Positions 1-13,241 of a DNA stretch of 64,000 nt are shown one piece after another. The position numbers and the translations under genes were made by a program. The notes beneath the pieces were generated by a model. The model saw only the letters and a program-made list of their open reading frames with translations, did not search any database and was not told where the DNA came from. The stretch is from the human T2T-CHM13v2.0 reference genome, Homo sapiens. The stretch's first letter is position 1; every line of letters begins with the position of its first letter. The DNA lies in assembly GCF_009914755.1 (NCBI RefSeq), contig NC_060926.1, one strand, 5' to 3'.

Positions 1-488
1 GTACCACAATGTTGAATTTGAAAAGTGCTATTTAAGTGCCACTTATTATTACAGTGGTTATTGTTATAGTTGAAGAGTATAATGGATTTCAGCAACTAAT
101 GGTATGGATATATAATCTTTTACCACCACAAAACCTCCCTCGATGTTTTACTTTAATAACTATACTCCCTTTCATCTGTAGCTATATACTGATGTAATTA
201 ACCTTCCCTAGATTATGTGTTTTGCTTTTAATTCTAGATACACAACTTAGAATTATTTTGTTGTACTTACCCCTATAAATAGGCCCTATATCACTTCTAA
301 ATTACATAGCATTAGGGAGCATGCTACCAGGAGTACCACACTTATTATTTTCCATAAATATATTATGTATGACAATATCTTCCTACATGTGCAGCTTTAG
401 TTATGACTTAGTGGATATAAATTATTTTGTAAAAAATTGTCAATCATTAGATTAGGAAAGATAAATAGTTAAAGAAAAAGTGCTGCCG

Positions 489-868
<380 letters not shown>

Positions 869-1269
869 CTAGAAGAATTTAATAATATTTTATCTATTAT
901 CTGGTATGTTCATTTCTCACCACAAGGTATCATCCATATTCCCTGATGTTTCTCAAAATAAGTGTTTAGTCTCTTTGAAGCTTTATTTACTGTTTTATAC
1001 AAACAGCAAGAGACAAAGGTATGAGAATTGTACTTCAGGCTACACACTGCCCTTCCTTCCTAAAAATCACATTATTCATCATTAATTCATTTATTATTCA
1101 ACCAAGAATGATTTCCCAGGGACCACCATTTGCCAGCGATTTTAGGGCTGCTGTGGCTGCAAATGACAGGCACTCGACCTATCAGAATTTCTCTCTGCCC
1201 AGCAGCATCATTACAGAAGCACCCCAGGTGGCTGGATCTTGGCTCTCTTTAACTCCTCGGCTTTATATT

Positions 1270-1500
1270 TTATTATTCTGGTCCCTGGGGGAAAGACTTC
1301 AATTTTACTGCCCAGTTCCATGTCCGCAAATTCAGGGGAAGGTTCTCATTGGCCCAGTTTAACAAAATTACCTATCTCTGGATCGATCAGCTGGGACCAG
1401 GGAATCAGGCCAATGTAGAATGGCATAGCGATTTTAATTTAACTGTAAGAATAGGGGGTGAGGTGGGGGTCATGGCTACAAAGTCCTGATGAAAAAGGTC
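1270..1500 (-). mobile_element. Old MaLR LTR fragment (MLT1J/K-like)
   Basis: AAATTCAGGGGAAGGTTCTCATTGGCCCAG...CTGGATCGATCAGCTGGGACCAGGG resembles the recalled MLT1J/K reverse strand. Limits approximate. Confidence 0.4.
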
Positions 1501-2783
1501 ATGGTCAGTTGATCTTTAGGATTGCTGTCATTCACACAGTATCTTGCACAGAATCTAAGTTTATTCACTGACAGAATTTATTTTTATTTGGAAAGTTCCC
1601 CAATTACTTAATGTATAAAGCTATGAAAAATTGTGTGAAGGAGTGATTCTGTTGCTTTAGTTAGTGCCTCTTATGTGAGGTATGAGCTCATTCATTCTGG
1701 CAATAGCCCTGCTATCCTTGTTTTATAATGGAGAGGGCTGCAGCTCTGAGATGAGAGGAAACCAGCTCATCTAGGGGCCAGGACCCAAACCACAAACTGC
1801 ACAGGAGTAAAGCCTGTGCAGAGTCACCATTTAATTTAAAAAAAAAACATTTCAGAATATATTTTCTTAATTCAGATCCAACTTTCTTCATAATGTCAAT
1901 AGCTCAGGGTTTTTAGAGTTAATCTGACGTATTTGTTCAGCCCACAGTGACCATTAGAAACAGATGGAACTTGCCTTATTTTTTCCAGCACTTCTTTCTG
2001 AAACATGTCTCCATGTTCATGTCTCCTGTTGTGTTCATATCTTTGGACAAATTATAACCATCTGACACATTCCTTAACCCTAGGATTTATCCTTATGCAC
2101 CAAAACCTATTCTCATCACAAAGTCTCCTTAAAGAAGTATCGATGTTGTAGAATGACATTCAATGATTACAAGTGCATAGCAAAAGAGGTAAACTTTTAT
2201 TGCTTGCTTTTTCTTTAAATATATAAAATATATGTTATTTCTCCACAGAATTCTGATAATTATTTAAAATTATTTCTTGAAAGTTTTTTTTGATTTATAG
2301 GTCCCGTATATATTTCTATATTTCTAACTTTTTGATCTATCATTATAAGAAAAGGTATGGCATTCAAAAATTTGGTATGAAAATCAATAATTATAATGAT
2401 GCCTCTACTAGGTATAATTGACTATCATTAGCCATTACCTTTATTCAAAATTTAAATATTCATTGAACTCACATGAGTAAAGAACTTAATATAATACCTC
2501 ACTCAGAGTAGGTGGCTTCCTAAATAATAAAGGTTTGAATTTGATTTAGGGCTAAAAGACAAGCTGAGCATGTACCCATGCTTACCCTAAGGACAACGAT
2601 AGACTTTGTACATGAGTGGGAGGGGTTTTTTGCTGACAAGACAGTTACCCCAAGAAGAGATTTGTGTCTTCTCTTCTGCTGTTTGGAGGCTGCTCCATAG
2701 GCCTGTCCCCTGTGGCTATGCTTGACTTCTCCAGAGAGCAGATGATAAAACTGGCCTTGAGTGCAGGAGGCCAAGCAGAATTT

Positions 2784-3078
2784 TTTTTTGTAATTTGAGA
2801 CAGGGTCTCACTCTGTTGCCCAGGCTGTAGTGCAATGGTGTAATCACAGCTCACTGCAGCCTCAACCTCCCAGGCTCAAGCCACCCTCCTACTTCAGCCT
2901 CCTGAGTAGCTGAGACTACAAGCATACATCACCATGCTGGCTAACTTTCTCTATTTTTTGTAGAGATGGGGTCTTTCCATGTTCCCCAGGCTGGTCTTGA
3001 ACTCCTGGGCTCAAGCTCTCTGCCCACCTTGGCCTCCCAAAGTGCTGGGATTACAGACATGGGCCACTGTGCCCGGCC
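2784..3078 (-). mobile_element. AluJ SINE
   Basis: Reverse Alu with J-type segments (GAGACAGGGTCTCACTCTG, GCTCACTGCAGCCTCAACCTCCCAGGCTCAAG, GAACTCCTGGGCTCAAG), ending GCCCGGCC. Short TSD AGAATTT at 2777 and 3079. Confidence 0.92.
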
Positions 3079-3289
3079 AGAATTTCTTCTTCTAAGCTCT
3101 ATTACCTGGACATGGATCACTTTCATTATAAGTAATTCCTTCAGGCTTCCCACCACTCCAGCACCTTGAACCAGCTCATCACTTCCATTTGAAAGCTAAA
3201 TTCTTCAGCAGCATTATTTTAGACTGCATCTACACAGGTCCATTTCCTGTTCCCACCACACCCCTGACATGTTTCTCCTTGACAGTGTG

Positions 3290-3450
3290 GTGGAAGCGAA
3301 GGCTCACAGGTTTTAGATCCATACAGGCCTTTGCCCCAGCCCTGAACTGACACTTTACTTGGACTGAGATGTTTTGCAATTTACTTGACTTTTCTCAGAC
3401 TTGGCTATTGCATCTACAAAATAGCACATACCTGACAGGGTTGAAGTTAG
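3290..3450 (+). mobile_element. MIR SINE, degenerate
   Basis: TTACTTGACTTTTCTCAGACTTGG...CATCTACAAAAT...ATACCTGACAGGGTTG follows the MIR core order. Confidence 0.5.
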
Positions 3451-3544
3451 CCTTATAAGAGATTGTTTTTTAAATTTTAAAAAGGACTAAAAGAGTGTGT
3501 ATTAGTTACCAAGCCTTCGGTTTGGCTGGTAACAAGTACTTTTC

Positions 3545-4260
3545 ACATTCATTTAGTTTTTCATGAATGTAATAAATACACATGAAGTGATCATACTATG
3601 TGCCAATCCATATACTGGGTGCTGTGATCCAAGAGTGAGCAAAATAGGTACAACCTCTGACTTCCAATTGTAACCACAGAAATACATACAATCACAATCT
3701 TACAATCACAATATAGATTAAATCACAATCTAGATTCTAAGGAGGCTCATAGTGCAAGTATCATAGTGCAAGGCTCAGTGCAAGTATCACAACTGCCAGA
3801 TGAGAGCAACACAGAGGAACCTTTGAAGCCCTATCCCAAGAATGAGAGAAAGAAACTGAGAGGAGAGGAACAGCATTCTAGGCAGAGGGAATAGCAAATG
3901 CAAAGGTTTGTGACAGCAGAATGAGTTTAAAGAAATAGATCAAGGTAGATGAAGGCTGCCAGAGTAAGGTCTGGGCATGTGGACCTGGTTCTCTGGGAAT
4001 AACGGGATAACTTTAAAGAATTTCAGCAGGGATATGGCAGAATCTGATTTGCGTTTTGAGGCAATCATATGGGCTCTGGTGTGGAGAACGGTTTATGGAG
4101 ACCCTGCTTCTCAGAGGAGCCGACGTGTTGTGGACTAGGTAGATGAATGCTGTGGGTTGTCCACAAGGAAAGTTGGTAACCTGGACTGGAATGGTGGTGC
4201 TGTAGATGAGAGGAGGGCAGAGGTAAGATCAGCTTGACTTGGTGGAGAATCAGATGAAAT
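3545..4260 (-). mobile_element. L2 LINE 3' fragment
   Basis: CATTCATTT...TACTATGTGCCA...CTGGGTGCTG start and GGAACAGCATTCTAGGCAGAGGGAATAGCAAATGCAAAGG, typical of the L2 reverse strand. Confidence 0.7.
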
Positions 4261-6669
4261 AATAACATCAAGATTGGTGTTTTAGCTACTGCTTGCTTTG
4301 TGTTTACTACTAAGAACTACTCTTCTATCCCACGCTGCTGTGCTGGGCTTCCCCCTTCCTTAAAGAAAGATGTGATGTGACACCCAATCCACAAAAATTT
4401 AACATCAATTCATCCAACAGAAAAATCTAGATGGAACAGACGTGAGGCTACTTAGAGTCTTTCTTTATTGCACCTGCTTTGGATATTTTGCTACAAAATC
4501 ATTTCTGTTATTTATTACTGTAGACATCACCAGGGAGATATGACATGTGTAGTGTACATATCATATTACTTGTGTAAATTCTGAATTATTTTGAATTCCA
4601 AAATACATCTGGCTCCAAGAGTTTATGGAATTGTAATAATAATTCTAAAGATCAGCATACTGAAGTTTGCGAAGTTACTTACCCAACAACTCCCAGCTGA
4701 GCCCAAATTTGACCCCAGGTTTGTGTAATCCCAGTACTCAGTGCCACGTCCTTCTACCACCCCTGACCATTGTTTGTTCACTTCCCATTTTATTTGGAAT
4801 AAATATGTTCACTGACTGAGTGCCCTCTCTCTAAGTTTGAAATATTGATAGTAGAGAAGCAAAGGAAACTCATCTAGACTGTGAAGAGAAAAAAGTTTTC
4901 CCCCAGTTGCTGCATTTTTCTCTTTTTCTCAGAATCCCACAGCAACCTCCTATTAATGTACAGCAAACCTGCTCAACTTCTTTCATCACAAACCTCCTTA
5001 AAAACCATCTGTTCCGCAAAGCATCTCCGTTACAATAACCACTCATTTCTCAAAATTGCTCGCATTGCATTGTGTTTTATCACTGTTCATTGTCTCATGT
5101 GTCCTTGTGTGCATTTATATTGTAAACCCCCAAAGGAAAATTCTTGCTTTGTTCTGTCTGTTGCATGGACACATCCACTACAGAGCTGCACCTACACCCA
5201 TGCCCTGTATAAATAATGGATAAGAATAAAAACACCACCACAGCCGCATTTTATCTTGGAGGGTTAAGGAACAGTAGTTGTCATAGCAAGAAGGCATCGT
5301 ATAATTCAGTGGGGAAATTTTAGAAAATTTGTTTATTTTTTTATTTGATTATTTGTTTAGGTAGAATCTTCCATTAATTTTAAAGGAACTGAAATTATTT
5401 GGAAAGCCATTTGGTGTAGGCACAAAAAGAAGCATCAGCGGCTACCCATGTCAAATGACAGCTCCACAGAGTATACATTTGAATTAATTGCTGAAACAAA
5501 ATCACAAGGATAACATCATTAAATAAAACATTGCAGGTACCACCTTCCACATGAGAAAGAGTAAAATCAAGTTGTTGGGAGGAGCACCGAGTGGGGACAA
5601 TTGCTTTTTCATGCTGTAAATATGCAGTAACTATGCAGGTGGGGTTCTGTGGGTATATAATGGCTGTCCTAAAAAATAAAGACAACCGGGGAAGGTACAA
5701 AGATTCTCTCCTTTCGTGAATAAATTGACCTGAAATGAAGAGATGTGTTTCAGTTTCAGAGGTAGAATGGAATGACTTATTTGTGGTAATTCACTTCCCC
5801 CTACCCCCGGCTGTATTTTGCTTTTTATGGTTTATGAAGGCCAAGTTTGAAAGCTAATGAGTTTGATTTATAAGAGCCATCGTCTTAATTCACCAGGCCC
5901 TTGTTTAAAATCTGATGGGTACAGTGATCTGACACCTTTCTTGTAATTTTAAATATAAGGCATTGTCGTTTTCCCCTTTAGTCAAGAAACTATAAAGGGG
6001 GAGGAATATATAGAATTCTGTTACTAAAATCGCTAATTACTACTCATACCAGTTAACTCCTTTCATAGGGAAATGCATTCCCAAAGTCTGTCCAAAAGGG
6101 CAGACTTGTGGCTTTGGACAGGTACAATATTGCAGCTGCACTTGGAATTGAATTTCAAAGATAGCATCTGGCTCCAAATGTTTTTCTCCTCATCCAAAGT
6201 CTTACCTTTCAAAATAGAAATACTCCAGAAGATAAGCAGCACCTGGCGTGAAAATGCCTAGGTTCCGATGAAAAGCGAATTGTGTATTTTAAAAGTTACC
6301 AAACACCCTTTCTTGAGCAAGTATCACATTCCTGTCTTGGAAAGAATGTTTGAGAAAACTGGACTTTGTGAAGTGGTCTTTGGTCCTACAGGACATGAGG
6401 AATCACCACATGGTTGCCTCCATCCTTGCCCAGGCAGTGCCTTCTGGATCCTCTAGGGAGGTAAGATCAAAAGAGCTTACTGTTGGGAAGGTACCCTCAC
6501 CTCACCATTTCAACAAAGACAAAGCAGTCTGCACTGCAATTCACCTTCATCTGTGAAATTAAAAAGAAAAATACCAGAGCAAAGAGGGTTTATATGACTA
6601 CCTCCACATCGAAGAGCAAATGCCAGTGCCAAGATTAGTATCTAAATATTTATGATAAAAAACAAATGA

Positions 6670-6890
6670 TAGAAATAGCTAAAGCTTATTAAATACTTAG
6701 TATATGCCAGCTACTTTGTGCTTCATGCAGGTGATCTCATTTTATCCTCAATCTACTTAAAGCAAATGGTATCATTATCCACATTTCATAGATGAGGCAA
6801 CTGAGTCTCAGATGAGGTAGTGAACTGCTCATTAATGGTGGAGCCAGTGCTCAAACTCTGCTAATCAGATTCCAGTGATATGCGCTTCTG
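6670..6890 (-). mobile_element. MIR SINE
   Basis: Core ATTATCCACATTTCATAGATGAGGCAACTGAGTCTCAGA, plus the MIR 3'-end-like ATAGCTAAAGCTTATTAAATACTTAGTATATGCCAG. Confidence 0.8.
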
Positions 6891-7769
6891 CAATGTGCCT
6901 TATTTCCATTATTTGAACTTGCCACCATGAAATTTTATTTTTTCCAGTGCAGATCTCTGCATAGTTTGCCTTTTCTCCAGTGCTTTCTCTCTCTTAGCAG
7001 TGCAATAGTCAGAGGTAGGATTTTGAAGATCCACACTTGCAGACACAAAGCTACTAACTAGGAACTGTTAGATGGGCTTGCTAGTGGCTATATTTGGGGT
7101 AAACCTCAGGTCTCAGGTGCAGCTCCAGAAAGACTTTCCTTGATCTCTGCTGACTGTTATATAAACAGGCCTCCTTAGAGAAGTGTCTCTCTATCTCTGA
7201 TATTTCCTGAATTTAAAGCAGCTTCTACATTTCTAAGTGCAGCTCTGTAAGACTAAATGATGCACCTGGATACATTGAAAAGAAATGCTGTTGGGAAAAT
7301 GCAGGGGAGGGAACCCATCCCTTCTGCAGCCAACATTCTAGATCAGGAATTCCTGGGAGCAGGAGACAAATACAGTATAGGACTCAGTCCCTAATAAGTT
7401 GCCATGGCCTTCAATATCACAGTTGCTGCCATGAGCACATGGGAAGCTGGTCTACGTTAACATTCCAGCCATGCTCAGAGGTACCACCATGACTCAGGGC
7501 ATTGTTTTACCCCTTCTGCTCCATTCAAACAGGTGAGATTTTTTCACAGAAAATCTTGCAAAACCTTTCTTACCTTCCCTAGAATTGGTGAGTGTCTTCC
7601 TCCTCAGGCCTTCCTTAGCTAGAACACTCTTTATTCTTTTTTGCCATATTGTATATTGCATTGCCTTTTTGAACTACTTTTGTGTCTTTCCTACTGGACC
7701 ACAGGCTTCTTAAAAAACAGCAAAGGTATATGTAACATCTTGTTTCTTAATATAATTGTTTTAAGTGAA

Positions 7770-7990
7770 ACTAAAGCTGAGAAAGGGCATAGTGAGTGAT
7801 GGGGAGTATCACAAGGTAAGGGATAGCATGGTGGGGGGTGTGGTTCTCTGAGGAAGTCAGATTTGAGCAGACAGTTGAATGAAGAGGGGTGTTGGCCATG
7901 CAAATAACAAGAGGGAGAACAGGCCAAGGAGACAGAACAGCATGTTCAGATCTCCTGTGGTGGAGTGCTCTTGGCGTGGTCAAAGAACAC
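7770..7990 (-). mobile_element. L2 fragment (probable host of the MLT1/THE1 nest)
   Basis: CTCTGAGGAAGTCAGATTTGAGCAGA...GAATGAAG...AGAACAGCATGTTCAGA resembles the L2 reverse strand. Confidence 0.55.
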
Positions 7991-8818
7991 TGTGGTTGCT
8001 GAATAATGGCTCTGCAAAGATAGCCACATCCTGACCTCCTGTGAATATGCAAGGTCTACATGGCAAAAGGGACTTTGCAGATGTGGTTAAGCTAAGGATC
8101 TTGAGATGGCGAGATTTTCCTGGATTTCCAGATGGGCCCGATGTAATCACATGAGTCCTTGTAAGAGGGAAGTAGGAGTCAATGTAAATAGTGATGACAC
8201 AAGCAAGCGGCTACTGTGAGGACTGGAAAAGGCCACAAAACAAGGAATACAGGTGGACTATAAGAGCTGAACAGGGCAAAGAAATCGATTCTCTTCTCAG
8301 AGCCTTCAGAGGAATGCAACCCAACTATCACCTTGATGTTAGCCCAGGGAGACACATTTCAGACTTTTACCCTCTAGAACTGTATGAGGACTCATTTGTA
8401 CTGTTTTAAGCCATAGGTTTGCAGTAATTTGTTATAGCATTGACACGGTTTGTCTGTGTCTCCACCAAAATCTCATTTTGAATTCCCATGTGTTGTGGGA
8501 GGGACCTGGTGGGAGGTAATTGAATCATGGAGGCAAGTCTTTCCTATGCTGTTCTCATGATAGTGAATAAGTCTAATGAGATCTGATGGTTTTAAAAAGA
8601 GGAGTTCCCCTGTACAAGCTCTCTCTTTGCCTGCTGCCATCCGTGTAAGATGTGACTTGCTTCTCCCTGCCTTCCACTATGATTGTGAGGCTTCCCCAGC
8701 CACATGGAACTGTAAGTCCAGTTAAACCTCTTTCTTTTGTAAATTGCCCAGTCTTGAATATGTCTTTATAAGCAGCATCAAAATGGACTAATACAAGCAT
8801 TAATAGCAAAGTAATACA
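7991..8818 (+). mobile_element. MLT1 (MLT1D/E-like) solo LTR interrupted by THE1
   Basis: TG start, CATGGCAAAAGGGACTTTGCAGATGTGGTTAAG, TTTTAAGCCA..GTTTGCAGTAATTTGTTATAGCA. The terminal TAATAGCAAAGTAATACA resumes at 8801-8818. Confidence 0.85.
8441..8795 (+). mobile_element. THE1 (THE1B-like) solo LTR
   Basis: 355 bp, TGACACGGTTTG...GGACTAATACA, with a perfect 5-bp TSD AGCAT (8436-8440 / 8796-8800). Confidence 0.93.
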
Positions 8819-9109
8819 AAATCAACAAGGGTGAAAGAACATGAAGTTGGAGATGGGCAGAGGCTAAATCTGAGACCTAGATCTGTGTTGGCCCAAACAA
8901 AACCTTGAGATTTGGACATAAAAGTAACAGAATGAGTGGTCTCATCCTCGTAGCAAAACAATTAAACAGAAAACAAGACCTCATTGATATCTCATCCATT
9001 TCAAATAATCTTTAATATTTTGAAATATGAATCTTCCAAAAGAATCGAGTCCTTCAAATGTACTGTAATTTATCCAGTCACCGACATGAACAGAAAATTT
9101 AATTTTATT

Positions 9110-9245
9110 TAATCATAGACCCCATTGAATACTACTGAAGATACTATATAGAAAAATGTACATACACAAAATTTGGATACATTTTCAGTTGCTTTATGGA
9201 ACCATATGAAATGCATGCATTGACCTCAGCTTAAGGATCTTGGGT
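9110..9245. mobile_element. Possible hAT-Charlie-type MITE remnant
   Basis: TCATAGACCCCATTGA...AGAAAAATGTACATACACAAAATTTGGATAC...GACCTCAGCTTAAG resembles recalled short Charlie elements. Confidence 0.4.
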
Positions 9246-9322
9246 CTACATCCAGAATTATTGAGGAACATTTTTGAAAAAAATCAACTTTTATGTTATT
9301 ATTCCTTTTTTCTGAAGTTGGC

Positions 9323-9855
9323 TGACTTAGCCTAGGTTCTCTAATGGAGGCTGAGACTAGCTTTTGGATGTAGGTGGCTTACTTTGGAAGTGAGCCCAGA
9401 GAGCAAGAGTAGAGGGCAAGATGGGTGGGGGTTGCAGCACGGAGGCAAAGAAAACAAATCCGAAGGTGTCTCACTGAATTGGCACTTGATCTCCCCAAGG
9501 GTGTTTTGAAATGTGTGTCAGAACCATCCATCTAGTGGATGAAGAGAGAAACCTGCTGACTCCTGTCTCCCATCCATTTCTAGTAGCTTCACAGTCATGA
9601 ATTCTCCTGCACTTCCAATTGTACAATGGTGAATGTTGAGTAGCTTCTCAGGCCTTCTGTGGCCATAAAGTCAGAGAAACCATAGAGCAGAAAACAAGGG
9701 GTAGAGAGGTAGCCCTGGTGCAAGGTCTGGGTGCTGAGCATTGCACCTGGCAGAACTGACAAACGTTTGCTCAGAAGTAGTCTCTGCTACAGCAGACAGA
9801 GCAAAAGGAGGGGCCCAGGGAATTTACAGTAATGCTCAAAAGGTGCCCCTGACAT
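9323..9855. mobile_element. Old ERVL-type LTR (LTR33/LTR16-like)
   Basis: TGACTTAGCCTAGGTTCTC...GGCTGAGAC...TTTGGATGTAGGTGGCTTACTTTGGAAGTGAGCCCAG resembles the recalled terminus. Right limit uncertain. Confidence 0.45.
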
Positions 9856-10059
9856 GTGGCACACCCTCAAAAAGTTCATCTTTCTTTGACAGGAGAGGAA
9901 AAAAATGATTTTCACATACGATTACTTTTAATCATCCAAATTTAATCAAAGTCGTCTTGACTTTTATAAATGCATTGTTTAAAAATGTTACCTTTTTTCC
10001 TCATGCATTTATAGTCTATATCTAGGTTATTTAATTAAACTATATCCATTTATTTATAA

Positions 10060-10306
10060 TAATACATATTATGTACTGCACTGTTTGCTTATTTTATGCA
10101 CTGGAGCAAACAATTTATATATGTTTTTCTCGATGCATTCTTACAACAAGCCTATGAAATAAGTACTATTATCCTTTTTTTCATAGATAAGGAGAATGAG
10201 ATGATTATATCACTCACCAAGGGTCAGCTGGGTAGTATGGGGGTTGAGGAGGGATAAGGGTGAAAGATTCAAACACAGGTTTTTCTAATACCAGGGCTAT
10301 AAGCCA
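10060..10306 (-). mobile_element. MIR SINE
   Basis: CTTACAACAAGCCTATGAAATAAGTACTATTATCC...CATAGATAAGGAGAATGAG...GATTCAAACACAGG. Confidence 0.75.
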
Positions 10307-10495
10307 CTATGTTTCTCAAAATCTAGTGTGCATCAGAGCCAATTGGAAGGCTTGTTAGAACACAGAACACTCTTTTCTCCCCCGACTTGAGCTTCTGACT
10401 CTGCAGGTCTGTGGCAGAGCCTAAGAATCTGCACTTCTAACAAGTTCCCAGCAGATGATGCTTCTGGCATGAAGGCCACACGCTGAGAGCCAGTC
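10307..10495. mobile_element. MER5A (hAT-Charlie) DNA transposon
   Basis: GTTTCTCAAA...GTGCATCAGAG...CTTGTTAGAACACAGA...CTAAGAATCTGCACTTCTAACAAGTTCCCAG...TGAGAGCCAGT, about 190 bp with eroded TIRs. Confidence 0.8.
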
Positions 10496-11559
10496 ACTAC
10501 ACCATGCTAACCAACCTCTCTGAGGGACGCACCACTTCAAAACAGCAGCGTGAGATCCTTCCAAACCACATTCCCAAACATTTATTCTTCTGTTTCATCT
10601 TGACTTTAGTGGAAAGATGATATTGGAGAAGTTCTTCTGAGATGACCTCTTTCTAGAACACAGTGATTTTCTTTGCCACCCTCCCCACCCCTGCCCCACC
10701 CAATCCCTAGTACATGACCAAGGGTTTTGGGCCCATTAGCTGTAAAAACGGGCTCAGCTCCCAAGACATTTTCTTGTTGGAACGCCAAAGAAGCACATCC
10801 GTCTTACAAATGATGTTTCAACTCTGTCTAAAATCTAAATATTTATGAGAGTGAGGTTAGCTATTTGGCATGCGATACATACTTTTTTGTTAAAGTTTTC
10901 CCATTAGAAGACAGTTGCTCAGGAAAGCCTTAGAAACGAATATTGCATTTTGTTTCATAAAGATTGTGGAAAACTAAACAGCAAGAGAATCCACATTCCA
11001 ATTGCTGATGAGAAGTGAGGACATGTTCCCACAATCATTCTGTGCTAATGAATTATAGTCTCAACATACAGCAAGCCTCAGCATTGTGTTTCCAAGACAT
11101 AATTAAGGAAGAAAAGTATTATAGTATTATGACTTGAAGAATGAAATTTATGAAAGAAGAGTGACTGGAGGAGAAGATTGTAGCAGAGTTTGGCTGACCT
11201 AAGAGAAGAAGCAGTTCAGGAAAGGCACAGTGGAAAAAAGGCCATGCAAACTGGGTCCTAGTATTCCCTGCTGGGTCCTGGCACTTTTGAGTATGGGATA
11301 TGGATGCAAGCAGATATAAGAGTCTGCCAGGGTTAAGAACACTTTGTAGTCAGCCACACTTAGCTCTTCCAGTTACAGCTTGTGAATTTAGGGTGAAAAG
11401 ATTGTTCCACACCGTTAAGGTCAGGATGTCAAATTCATGCTACCACACTAGAATGTGGCTAGATTTAGGAAAAGAAATCTCTACTCAGGTGTCTAGAAGG
11501 TCACTCAGACCATTTTTCTTGAGATATGAATTTTATCTTTCAAAGACTTAATGGGAAAA

Positions 11560-11800
11560 TGTGATCTTGGAGTCAAACAGACCTAATTTTATGCTCTGTT
11601 CTGTCTTGGGTTACATTGGTGAGTCTGTATGAGCCTTGATTTTGCTCATTCAGTTTCCTCCTCTTGGGATGACGCTCATCTTGCAGGGTCAATGTGAGGA
11701 GTACCGGAGGCACAGTCATCACAGCTTGGTCTTGTATGATGAAATGACGCTGCTCCTAGAACAGTGCCTAGAACATAGTAAGAGTAGGTCTGCAAGATCA
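11560..11800 (+). mobile_element. MIR SINE, degenerate
   Basis: TTGGAGTCAAACAGACCT...TCAGTTTCCTC...TGTGAGGA...TAGAACAGTGCCTAGAACATAGTAAG. Confidence 0.65.
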
Positions 11801-12074
11801 ATATTCATAAAGGCATTTGCTTTAATATTAATATCCATAAAGATATTTGCTGCTTTCAAGGAAGACACCTGAGAAGGAGCATTTCTCTATAAGCAACTGC
11901 AATATGTGCTTTACTTCTATGTTTCTTGGGGCTCTGTCTGCTCATATTTAGAGGTTTAGACAGATAAAATGTTTAGGTTCAACTCACTGCACAAACATAG
12001 CGACATTCCTTTTACATTGAATTAGAAGTTGAGATATAGGAGAAAAACAACAAAGATGGAAAAGAAATGGCATA

Positions 12075-12180
12075 AGAAAAGAGAGGGAGACAGGTGCTAG
12101 GGGAAGGAAGGGGTTAGGGAAGGGAGGGGAGGGGAGGGGAGGGAGAGAATAAGAATGAGAATGAGAGGGAATAGGAGGAT
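12075..12180 (+). repeat. GA-rich low-complexity tract with G-runs
   Basis: GGGGAAGGAAGGGGTTAGGGAAGGGAGGGGAGGGGAGGGGAGGGAG seen directly. Confidence 0.9.
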
Positions 12181-13209
12181 GTCTAAAAGTATGTGGCAAC
12201 TGAGGCATCCTAAGTCATCCAGGACCACAGAACTGATTGTCTTCTTAGCCAGCATCGCCAGCTCGGTGAGGCTGAACCAGGTGCTCCATAAATATCATTT
12301 AATTCACAGCAGTTGGATAGCAAGTACAATGTTTGTTTCCACTCTAAAAACAAGAAATCTAGGAGATGAGCTGCGATGGTGCTGAAAAGTGATCTTAACC
12401 ACTGCACCCCATGCCTCTAGAGCTTAGCCCACCTTTCCAATGTGTCCACCCCATGAAGTGCCCTGTTTCTCCCCCTTCCCACAAACTCTGGAATATTTGT
12501 GAAAACTATGAGGTGAAGACAGAAGGGATTCTTGTAGAGTATTGCAGCTTACATTTCTTCATTTCGATTTGAAAATTTGGGGGTAAAAGGCAGAAGGCTA
12601 TAAAGAAGAAGATGGCAAAAAGACATGCCATGGCTGAGCCCTTCTCTCTGTAACTTTGTATTTACAAATGTGCCAGAGAAAAATTCATGGGAGAAGTTTG
12701 GGGCCTTGGAGAGTGAAGAGGGAAATCTGAAAATAATACAAAACATAAACAGAAAATAATAAAATTGCAACTTCAAAGCCATTATAATTTTATTATGATT
12801 TTCAACTTGAGAGAGGACAGAAACAAAAGTATCTATACGAATGCCCTTTCAGATGACTCATCAGTGAGTTAGTGTACTCTGGGATATTCTGCTTTCATGA
12901 GGACGTATGGATATGTTAATATTTGGAAGTGCTTTAAATGATGGTTTAGGTTGATAATGTTTGTTGAGTTATTGTTATGAAGAAATTTTAGCATGAGCCT
13001 TAACATTATTTTAAGCAATCATTTTTTGGAATTCCAGTACTATTGATTCAAATAATATTAGTCTTGTTGATATAAGTTTATGTGAGAAGTGATTGAATAA
13101 TTCTTAGATTTTGAGAATTTATTCATTCTAATCTCTCTTTAGTCCATAGTCCATTTAAATTATCCTGTTCAATTTTTAGAAGAGCAATAAAGAGACTTAC
13201 AATACTCAA

Positions 13210-13236
<27 letters not shown>
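13210..13236. repeat. (CT)n microsatellite
   Basis: 13 uninterrupted TC units. Confidence 0.95.

Positions 13237-13241
<5 letters not shown>

Noticed and set aside
12852-12862. Palindromic AP-1 site GATGACTCATC
   Set aside because: An isolated short motif with no supporting context.
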